A stretch of 32,162 nt of DNA, taken from Candidatus Micrarchaeia archaeon (GTDB lineage Archaea; Micrarchaeota; Micrarchaeia; Micrarchaeales; CABMGC01). Both the position numbers and the translations under genes were made by a program. The DNA lies in assembly GCA_049976845.1 (NCBI GenBank), contig JBMFHL010000006.1, forward strand, positions 1 to 32,162, given 5' to 3'. Numbering within the stretch: the first letter of the stretch is position 1; the number at the start of each line of letters is the position of its first letter. Below are positions 17,239-24,789 of this stretch, piece after piece. The notes beneath the pieces were generated by a model. The model ran no database searches and was not told the origin of the DNA. It was given only the letters and a program-made list of their open reading frames with translations.

Positions 17239-18231
17239 TCACATTGCAAACACAGGCCTGGAGGACCTCATTATATTCAGGAATATCAGCTGCAGGAAGA
17301 ATATTCCCACAAGTGCGAAGATCAATGTAGATTGGTCTATGCTAAATAAGCTTATAAACGTAGTTAATATTGCTGCTACTGCTATTCCCATGCTTGGGAA
17401 TATAACTCCAAAAAGCATGTAAAACATAGCAAGTGCGTTGAGCCTTTGCCCATACCTCCTGAGCTCTATTATCCTCTCCTGCATCACGTCATCAACAACA
17501 CCCTGCAGTGCTCCTACTATATCTGCGCCAGCTTTTATACTCACAGACGCCTGCAGCATCAGATTCTTGAAAGTCTTGGATTCGCTCTTGCTGCTCACTT
17601 CATCGATCGCCTGCTCTATTGGCATGCCCAATTGAACCAATTCAACTACCTTTGCAAACTCCTTGCTCGCTGCTCCGTAGCCAGTGCTGACAGTTGTGAG
17701 TGCATTGAACAGAGGCATGCCTGAACGCATGCCGATAACCAAATCCCTTGTTGCAAATAATATGTCTCTTTCAATATCCTTGCCTATATTCTTGCTCTTG
17801 TCTATTGGGAATTGCACGAACTTGTTGAAGAAAACATAGTAGAACGCTATACCAAGTAACAATGCGAATATAATGCTTAAGCCATAATGAATCATCAGCG
17901 CCCCAACTGCAATCGTAAGTATAGCGCTGATTATTATAGAATTAATCATCATCTTTTTTATGAAATCATAGGTACTTTCCTTTATGCCCTGTTCCCTTAG
18001 TGCGATATCTAAGCCCTTGTGCTTTGCAGCTATGCTTGCCACATATATCTGAAATTTACTTACCTCCTTCTGCGGCACCTGCGGCTTCTGTCCTGTTTGC
18101 GTCGCTTCCTGAGCTTGCTGATAGATGGGCTTTGACTTTATCTTGAAGAAAAGGAACTTTTTCTGCTTTGTAAAGCCTATAGGCTGGAGCTGCTGTACAG
18201 AATCCTCTTTTATTTTCTTCTTTCCAAACAT
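17239..18231 (-). CDS. Type II secretion F / TadB-like pilus platform membrane protein
   Basis: IERDILFATRDLVIGMRSGMPLFNAL, YGAASKEF, GMPIEQA, GADI. Confidence 0.9.
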   Translation of the reverse strand: MFGKKKIKEDSVQQLQPIGFTKQKKFLFFKIKSKPIYQQAQEATQTGQKPQVPQKEVSKFQIYVASIAAKHKGLDIALREQGIKESTYDFIKKMMINSIIISAILTIAVGALMIHYGLSIIFALLLGIAFYYVFFNKFVQFPIDKSKNIGKDIERDILFATRDLVIGMRSGMPLFNALTTVSTGYGAASKEFAKVVELVQLGMPIEQAIDEVSSKSESKTFKNLMLQASVSIKAGADIVGALQGVVDDVMQERIIELRRYGQRLNALAMFYMLFGVIFPSMGIAVAAILTTFISLFSIDQSTLIFALVGIFFLQLIFLNIMRSSRPVFAM

Positions 18232-18248
18232 ACTCTAGCCAATTAATA

Positions 18249-18839
18249 TTAGAATGAAACTTTTTTAAGCACCTCTGCAAGCTTCTGATTCCTAAGCGCT
18301 ATAAGCGACATCTGAAATTCGTCATTGCTCGGTACCTTTTCAAATTTGATCTTGTCAGAAAGCCCGTTGACCTCATATCTTATCATATTAATCTGGTCAT
18401 CTGTAAATACATGCTCATCTATTCCTTCGCTCATCTTCTCAAGATCTGATATCTGATCCTGCAGTGACAAGCTTGGAAGTATGAGCTTGCCTCCTTTTAT
18501 ATTCTTTACCTCTTTCTTCACAGTCTTCTCAAATTCTCTTCCCGCAGAGCCTACTATATCTTTGATCTCCTTTGTAGCTTCAAGTACCTCCTTTTCCACA
18601 CCTGGCTCCTTATTAAATTGTGGAACAGCCTGTTGCACCAGTGGGCGTTGAGCCTCTACCTTCAATTCTGCCTTGCCAAGCATGTCAGCTGCCTTCTCAT
18701 AGCCATATTCTTCTATATCGAGCCTATTTGAGATTGCGTCCTTTAGATTTATCTCTATGCCATGCGTGCTCTTCTGAATCCCTTCAATAATCTCTGCAGC
18801 TTTGGCATAGTCTAACTCTTCAACATTCTCCAAATTCAC
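18249..18839 (-). CDS. Hypothetical acidic helical protein within the pilus assembly operon
   Basis: 196-aa ORF overlapping the ATPase stop (GTGA), same strand. No family recognised. Confidence 0.75.
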   Translation of the reverse strand: MNLENVEELDYAKAAEIIEGIQKSTHGIEINLKDAISNRLDIEEYGYEKAADMLGKAELKVEAQRPLVQQAVPQFNKEPGVEKEVLEATKEIKDIVGSAGREFEKTVKKEVKNIKGGKLILPSLSLQDQISDLEKMSEGIDEHVFTDDQINMIRYEVNGLSDKIKFEKVPSNDEFQMSLIALRNQKLAEVLKKVSF

Positions 18840-20344
18840 ACCTTCTTGAACAAGTCATTCGAATAAGGTACATTGTCATTTATAATCTGCATCACCTTGC
18901 TGTTATCTTTATAATAGTTGGCTATAACGTAGCCTGTTGCGTCAACATCAAATACCTTGTTGTTTACCATCCACTCTATTACCTTTTTCTTCTCTTCCAA
19001 GTCTGAAAATATCTCTTCCCTGGAGTAGCCTCCATAAAGCATTATCATGTCAGCGAGTCTCGCCAGTTCGCCTATCTGCGTAAATGTGTCAATCCTGGAG
19101 TTCCATCTATAGAGAACGCTGGCATCTCCCACCCTTGTTATCTCTCCAAATTCCAAAACCCTCCTTATACCGAGCCTCCTATGCCTGAACAATGTTATAG
19201 TGCCTCCTATTGCATTTATCATTAGCTTCGGTATGTCAATAGGTGGATTTGTCATCCTTATTATAGTATCTTCTGCATCATCAGCGTGCACTGTGCCATA
19301 TACGGCATGCCCTGTATGTATTGCCTCGAACAGCGTTTCAGCATCGCTCTTTGTCCTTATTTCTCCAACCAGCATTATATCTGGCCTCTGCCTGAGTGCG
19401 TTAATCATCAAGTCATAAAGTTTTATCTCTCCTTTACCTTCTGGATTTGGCTGCCTTGTAATCATCGGTACCCAGTGCAAGAACTCTGGTAGCGTAAGCT
19501 CCCTAGTCTCTTCTACCGATATAACCCTGTGGTTAGGCGGCATGAATATACTCATAGCATTGAGAAAACTTGTCTTTCCGCTTGCAGTGCCTCCTGAAAT
19601 AAGCAGGCTTATCTCGTTCTGTATGCAGAGCCATGTGAGTGCAGCTAGGTAGCTAGATATTGTCTTATTTGCCACAAGCGCAGGCATTGTCCAAGGATTT
19701 TTTCCAAATTTTCTTATTGTTATGGTGTTGCCCCTCTGCGATATTGGATAAAGCGTTGCATTTACTCTCGAACCATCAGGAAGCTCAGCATCCATAAGCG
19801 GAGACAGGTTTGTTATCTGCCTGCCAACACGCCTCCCAATCTGTTCAGCGTCGTCATATATAGTATCTTCGCTAGGTATTACTAGATTTGATTTGCACCA
19901 GCCATATGTTTTGTGGAAAACCCATACTGGCTCCTTTGAATCATTGACAGCAACCTCTTCCAAATTGTCGTCTGCAAGAGGCGCTTCTAAGTCTCCAAGG
20001 CCAAGCATTATATTTATTATGTATGCTATTAGCGCCTGCTTTGACTCCTTTCCAGTGCCTGGCAAATATCTATCTATTATTACCTCAGAGGCTTCGATAT
20101 ACCTGTTTGTAAGTTCATTAAGATACTCTTTGTCCTCTATTCTTGTAGGGTCTATGGGCACAAGCGACAGAAGCTCTTGCCTAAGGGAAAGCAAGAGAAC
20201 CTTGGTTGCCTCTCCTATGCCTGGGAGTGTTATCTCGTATATTGGCACAAAGTCTCCCTTGTCCACTATCCTTATGTTGACTTTGAGCCCATGTGCATCA
20301 AGTCCATAAGAGGCATACTCCTTCTCCAAATTCTCCTCTACCAT
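18836..20344 (-). CDS. Type II/IV secretion (TadA/CpaF/ArlI-like) assembly ATPase
   Basis: LPDGSRVNA, TIRKF, Walker A GGTASGKTS, Asp box VEETREL, LRQRPD..LVGEIR, His box TGHAVYGTVHA. Confidence 0.96.
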   Translation of the reverse strand: MVEENLEKEYASYGLDAHGLKVNIRIVDKGDFVPIYEITLPGIGEATKVLLLSLRQELLSLVPIDPTRIEDKEYLNELTNRYIEASEVIIDRYLPGTGKESKQALIAYIINIMLGLGDLEAPLADDNLEEVAVNDSKEPVWVFHKTYGWCKSNLVIPSEDTIYDDAEQIGRRVGRQITNLSPLMDAELPDGSRVNATLYPISQRGNTITIRKFGKNPWTMPALVANKTISSYLAALTWLCIQNEISLLISGGTASGKTSFLNAMSIFMPPNHRVISVEETRELTLPEFLHWVPMITRQPNPEGKGEIKLYDLMINALRQRPDIMLVGEIRTKSDAETLFEAIHTGHAVYGTVHADDAEDTIIRMTNPPIDIPKLMINAIGGTITLFRHRRLGIRRVLEFGEITRVGDASVLYRWNSRIDTFTQIGELARLADMIMLYGGYSREEIFSDLEEKKKVIEWMVNNKVFDVDATGYVIANYYKDNSKVMQIINDNVPYSNDLFKKV

Positions 20345-20348
20345 ATTG

Positions 20349-21545
20349 TCACTCCGAAAGGCTTCCTATATCCTTATTTGCATCGGAAACTTTATCATCC
20401 AAGGATCTCACTTCTGACGAGGTCTTTGAAATATCCTTTGAAAGCTCTTCTACTTTCTTGTTATTGCTTACTATCTCCTCTTTTGAAAGTGCATTAATAG
20501 CTTTTGCTTCATTCAATATCTTCTCAAGCTCCGCAGCCAAGCTCTCCTTCTTCTTATTCGCTTCTTCGATGGTGCTTTCTACCTTCCTCAGCGTGTCGTC
20601 TACTTTTGTAATGTCACCTATCTCCTTCTTCAATTCGGAAAGCTTGCTTATAAGCTCATCATACGACTTTTCTGCAAGGCCATAATACCTATCTATCTCC
20701 TGCTTTCTCTTTTCTGCAACATCCATTGCCTTGGAACTAACGGTTTCAAGCTCATGCTTCAGCTTCAGTGCATTGCGTTTGTATTCCTCGTTCGTCCTTT
20801 TATCTTCATTTAAAATTTTCTCATTGGCTATTATATTTTCACGCAGTGCAGATATCTCTTCCTTTATCTCGTTTGCCACTTCATTTATCCTTTTCCTGTA
20901 ATCATTTATTGCCTCCTCTGATTTTTTTCTTGTATCCTCGGAGATTGCCTCCATAAGCTTGAGCTTTTTGTTCATATCCTCTAGCAATCGCTCTGCGCCT
21001 CCGCTCAATTCAAAATGCTCTATGCTCTCTGCGCGCTCCTTTAAGCCCATTACCTCCTTGTTCAGCGTCTCAGCAATCTTGTCAACTTCATTCTTACTTC
21101 TCTTTATATCCTCATACCTCTTTTCAGCTTCATTTGCAACATTATGCAAATCGTCGAGCTGGCGCTTGAGCGGTCCCATCTTGCTCTTAAATATAGCCTC
21201 GCCTCCAGAGACGAATTTGTTTAAGGAATCGAGCCTCTCATTCAGCTGGTTTATGGCATTAAGCTGCGTGTTTACTTCGTTTATTATATTCTCCTTCTTT
21301 ATCTCGACATTGTGCTCTAGGGTGGAAACTCCTTCCTTAGAAATTGCAAGAGGCGACACGTACATCTTTGCTGCCCTGTAACTTATCTTAACTATATTGG
21401 ATTTTTCGAGGACATTGGCCCATTCGCCTATAAGTGCATCGCTAACCCCTAGTGCGTGTGCAAGCGTCGTAGAATCTGTTTCGCCGTGATTTTTCAGATA
21501 CTCTACCAACGCGTCTATGCTCGTTGTAGTTACAGGTTCGGCCAT
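20349..21545 (-). CDS. N-terminal winged-HTH-like domain plus long coiled-coil protein
   Basis: TSIDALVEYL...LAHALGVSDALIGEWANVLEKSNIVKISY, followed by about 320 aa of E/K-rich heptads. Confidence 0.75.
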   Translation of the reverse strand: MAEPVTTTSIDALVEYLKNHGETDSTTLAHALGVSDALIGEWANVLEKSNIVKISYRAAKMYVSPLAISKEGVSTLEHNVEIKKENIINEVNTQLNAINQLNERLDSLNKFVSGGEAIFKSKMGPLKRQLDDLHNVANEAEKRYEDIKRSKNEVDKIAETLNKEVMGLKERAESIEHFELSGGAERLLEDMNKKLKLMEAISEDTRKKSEEAINDYRKRINEVANEIKEEISALRENIIANEKILNEDKRTNEEYKRNALKLKHELETVSSKAMDVAEKRKQEIDRYYGLAEKSYDELISKLSELKKEIGDITKVDDTLRKVESTIEEANKKKESLAAELEKILNEAKAINALSKEEIVSNNKKVEELSKDISKTSSEVRSLDDKVSDANKDIGSLSE

Positions 21546-21672
21546 CCAAACACTATATTATTTGACAAATTTTATTAATATTAGTGTAAATCTACTCTAC
21601 CATGAATTACGCCAATATTAAAAAGATTTTTATGAATATTCATAAAGATACCAATTTACATGCTTATATAAC

Positions 21673-22407
21673 CTATTGCTTGCTTCTCATACTGAAAATA
21701 AATCCAGCGATTTCATCTCCAACTGCAACCTCTGGCATTATCAAATAGTTTATGCCAACCCTTTTCATTCTTGCGGTATCCTCAGATTTTTTTATCCTTG
21801 ATGCTATCCTTAGCTTGCCATTTATTCTTTTTGCAGTTACCGCTATCAATACATTCTTTATGTCCTCTTCCTCGAGTGCAAGCAGATTTGATGCTTTTTC
21901 TATATGCGCCTCGGCTAGCGTGCTGGCCTGGGATGCATCTCCCTGTACTGCAAGCATACCTTCTTCGATAAACCTCTCTACGTCTTTCCTGCGTGGATCT
22001 ATAATGACAAAAGGTATTCTGTTCTTCTTCAGCATTTTTGCTATATTGATTGAAATCCCATTCACTGGCGTTATCACAATATGCCTGTTTAGAGCATTAA
22101 TCCTATGCGCTATAATCCCCCTCTTTATATTTATTCTGCCAAGCGCCTGGTAAAACATTGAAGTAAGTAATATGGTTATTATAAGCTCTCCAATTATATC
22201 AAGAACAGAGCTTGTGAATGCAAATATGTTTGTTGAGTCTACAAGCGCCATCTCTATAGGGAAAGTGGCCCCAATTATGTTGAGGAAGTTCCAGAGCATA
22301 GCAGGCATAAGTCCAATACCTATATAAACGATGAGCAGCGTTGAAACTATGAATATTGCAAGCAGAAGCCCTATGAGTAGTTTTTGGACAGCTCTAAGCC
22401 CTATCAT
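21673..22407 (-). CDS. MthK-like 2-TM + RCK (TrkA-N) protein with degenerate pore
   Basis: Two TM helices then HIVI..., VQGDASQASTLAEAHIEKA, IMPE. Start ATG 22407 overlaps the upstream stop. Confidence 0.8.
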   Translation of the reverse strand: MIGLRAVQKLLIGLLLAIFIVSTLLIVYIGIGLMPAMLWNFLNIIGATFPIEMALVDSTNIFAFTSSVLDIIGELIITILLTSMFYQALGRINIKRGIIAHRINALNRHIVITPVNGISINIAKMLKKNRIPFVIIDPRRKDVERFIEEGMLAVQGDASQASTLAEAHIEKASNLLALEEEDIKNVLIAVTAKRINGKLRIASRIKKSEDTARMKRVGINYLIMPEVAVGDEIAGFIFSMRSKQ

Positions 22408-23189
22408 TTGAGCACCTTCACCCTCTTTGCAATAGTCTCGCCTATGGTTATGCCTGCAAGATACTCGGGCAGCACGCACATGTCAACCCCTACTCTGTAC
22501 ATCTTAGTTCTTATTTCCTCCTTGCTGACCCTGGCAATTACCTTTATATTTTTATTCACCTTCTTTGCCTCTATCGCACTTATCAAGTTGCTTATGTCGT
22601 CTTGGGAAGTCATGACCATGCTTTTTGCATACTCTACCGATGCGAGTTTTAAGTCCCTCTCGCTGGTGCAGCTCCCATTTAAAACGATTATATGCCTTCT
22701 GTGCAGCTCAGCAACATTGTTCTCATCACTATCAAGCACTATAAATTTTATTTTTTTCCGCTGTGCCCTTAGCCTTTCTATAAGCTTCTCGCTTACAGGA
22801 TTATATCCGCATATTATGACATGCCCCTTGAGCCTCTTCGCCCTGATTATATTCATTAACCTCTCTATATTGGCATATGCTATCATGTCCAGAACAGCAG
22901 CGATAATAAAGCTTATTATAAGCAACCTGCCTATATTGTCAATTATAACTATTCCTACTACAGCCGCAAAGTTGTAAATGTTATAGCCCATTACAAGTTC
23001 AGCAAGATTAAATGAAGATGCAGCATTGGGCGCCTCAAAAAAAGTTTCAAGCGTGTAATATGCATCCAAATATATATTTTTTGTTAGTAGCCAAAGGGAT
23101 GCAATAGAAAAAGCAATTATTATCGCAGCGATTATAGTAATAGAAACAAGAATATCCATCGTATTAAGATCCTGGTTTTTAGCAAGCAT
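22404..23189 (-). CDS. MthK-like 2-TM + RCK (TrkA-N) protein with degenerate pore
   Basis: TM-pore-TM then LKGHVIICGY, GSCTSERDL, VIARV, GVDMCVLPE. Confidence 0.82.
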   Translation of the reverse strand: MLAKNQDLNTMDILVSITIIAAIIIAFSIASLWLLTKNIYLDAYYTLETFFEAPNAASSFNLAELVMGYNIYNFAAVVGIVIIDNIGRLLIISFIIAAVLDMIAYANIERLMNIIRAKRLKGHVIICGYNPVSEKLIERLRAQRKKIKFIVLDSDENNVAELHRRHIIVLNGSCTSERDLKLASVEYAKSMVMTSQDDISNLISAIEAKKVNKNIKVIARVSKEEIRTKMYRVGVDMCVLPEYLAGITIGETIAKRVKVLK

Positions 23190-23606
23190 TCAAAGCCCTT
23201 TAATAAGCTCGTTGAAAAGCTCGTCGCTCGCGGATCTGTTCGGCGTTGCAATGAACTTAGCCCCTGCATCTGCGAGCTTCGTCTCAAAAAGCTCGTCGTT
23301 TGCTCTAGTCGCTATAAGTACATTCTCGTTAAGGCTCTTTGCTGTTATTACAGTAAAGAGATTTTTTGCATCGTCATCCATTGCAACTGCTATTGCTCTT
23401 GCGTCTGCAATACCCGCTTCTTTTAGAGCTTTTGAAGAAGTTGCATCGCCCTCTACCGTGTCAATGCCCCTCTCCCTAAGCAGCTCCACCTTCTTTTGGT
23501 CTATCTCTATAACCACGACATAAAGCTTATGCTGCAAAAGTATCTCGACAATGCGCTCTCCTACAATGCCATAGCCGCAAACAATAACATGGTCCTTTCT
23601 CTCCAT
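23190..23606 (-). CDS. Stand-alone RCK/TrkA-N (KTN) domain protein
   Basis: HVIVCGYGIVG, VEGDAT, AGIADA, DDDAKN, TRAND. Start at 23606, alternatively 23651. Confidence 0.9.
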   Translation of the reverse strand: MERKDHVIVCGYGIVGERIVEILLQHKLYVVVIEIDQKKVELLRERGIDTVEGDATSSKALKEAGIADARAIAVAMDDDAKNLFTVITAKSLNENVLIATRANDELFETKLADAGAKFIATPNRSASDELFNELIKGL

Positions 23607-23732
23607 AGGTTCATCTCGAAGAGCCTGCACAAACAAATGTTGCAATCGCATCTGATCAATAAAGCCAATTCATTATGTTTGTTGTATGCAATTGCTTCAA
23701 ACAAATGCTCTCTTATACTATATTTTATCCTG

Positions 23733-23742
23733 TATTTATATA
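23733..23742 (-). promoter_or_regulatory. Probable TATA box of the RCK/channel operon
   Basis: TATATAAATA on the - strand. Confidence 0.5.
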
Positions 23743-23788
23743 CTTTATTGAAATCCCAAAAATAGTTCCAAACACCTAAAATTGAACA

Positions 23789-23861
23789 TAGCTCCAGCCA
23801 GATTCGAACTGGCGTCAACGGGTCCAGAGCCCGTTATCCTTGACCACTAGACGATGGAGCT
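23789..23861 (-). tRNA. tRNA-Gln(CTG)
   Basis: Acceptor AGCTCCA/TGGAGCT (A1-U72, typical of archaeal Gln), anticodon arm ACGGG-CT-CTG-GA-CCCGT, T-arm GCCAG-TTCGAAT-CTGGC. Confidence 0.95.
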
Positions 23862-23932
23862 AATTTTTATATATTCTCTTGTATATTATCTTTAATAACT
23901 TTTTCTATTCAGAAGCGAGTGTTTTAGTGTAC

Positions 23933-24670
23933 ATGAGGGAACATATACTTTTTGGAAAAGAAATTGAGGAGCTGCTCCTCGCAGACCTAGTTCTTACTTT
24001 TGCGTTTTCGCTTGTAATTGTCGGTGGCATAGGGGATATCTCACAGTTGCTCAATGTGTTCATATATTTTATTCCAATCTCTTTTGTCGCAGTCTCTCTA
24101 TCCTTCATACTTCACGAGCTCATGCACAAATTCGTTGCCCAAAAATACGGCGCAATAGCAGCATTCAAAACCTCGCAATATGGCTTAGCAATAACGCTCA
24201 TAACAAGCCTTTTTGGCTTCCTGATTGGCATACCTGGAGCAACTATAATATATACAAACAACTTCACAAAGCGGGAAGATGGTCATGTTTCGATAGCAGG
24301 CCCGCTTACTAACTTTTTGATATTCCTTGTGTTCTTTGCAGCTGGCATGCTCCTATACAAGAACTTCATAGCGAATGTCACAACTACTCTGTCAATATCA
24401 ATGTACATGCATAACTCGTATCTGCACAACATGATAAATCTCACGCTTTTCATAAGCATACTGCTCGCATTTTTCAACATGCTGCCAATATACCCGCTTG
24501 ACGGCAGCAAGGTGCTCAGGTGGAACAAGGGCATATACGCTGCAATGCTCATAACAATATTCGCGCTTTTTGCGCTTGTAATACCCCTAGTCTCGCTTAT
24601 AATCGGTTTGGCGTTCATGCTGGTGTTTGCATATATCTTCTCAATGCTCTATAGGAATGTGCTGTTTTAG
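23933..24670 (+). CDS. Site-2 (M50) intramembrane zinc metalloprotease
   Basis: HELMH, SIAGP..N, FNMLPIYPLDG. ATG at 23933. Confidence 0.95.
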   Translation: MREHILFGKEIEELLLADLVLTFAFSLVIVGGIGDISQLLNVFIYFIPISFVAVSLSFILHELMHKFVAQKYGAIAAFKTSQYGLAITLITSLFGFLIGIPGATIIYTNNFTKREDGHVSIAGPLTNFLIFLVFFAAGMLLYKNFIANVTTTLSISMYMHNSYLHNMINLTLFISILLAFFNMLPIYPLDGSKVLRWNKGIYAAMLITIFALFALVIPLVSLIIGLAFMLVFAYIFSMLYRNVLF

Positions 24671-24687
24671 AGAGAACTGCAGCTATC

Positions 24688-24697
24688 TATATAAATA
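24688..24697 (+). promoter_or_regulatory. Probable TATA box for cdc48
   Basis: TATATAAATA about 100 nt upstream of the ATG, with SD-like GGTGG at 24781-24785. Confidence 0.5.
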
Positions 24698-24789
24698 TAA
24701 ATGTTGAATATTATGTTGATTAATGAACAGAGCAATCTCAGGCAAGTAATTCAGCATCGCGCTGACCTCTGCCTGGCTGTGGTGGAAAA

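Noticed and set aside
16245..21545. Archaellum (arl/fla) operon
   Set aside because: There are two separate TadB/TadC-like genes rather than a single ArlJ, and no archaellin, ArlH or ArlF/G recognisable.
20349..21545. SMC/Rad50 or chemoreceptor
   Set aside because: No Walker motifs, hinge or zinc hook, and no MCP hairpin signature. Only generic coiled-coil.
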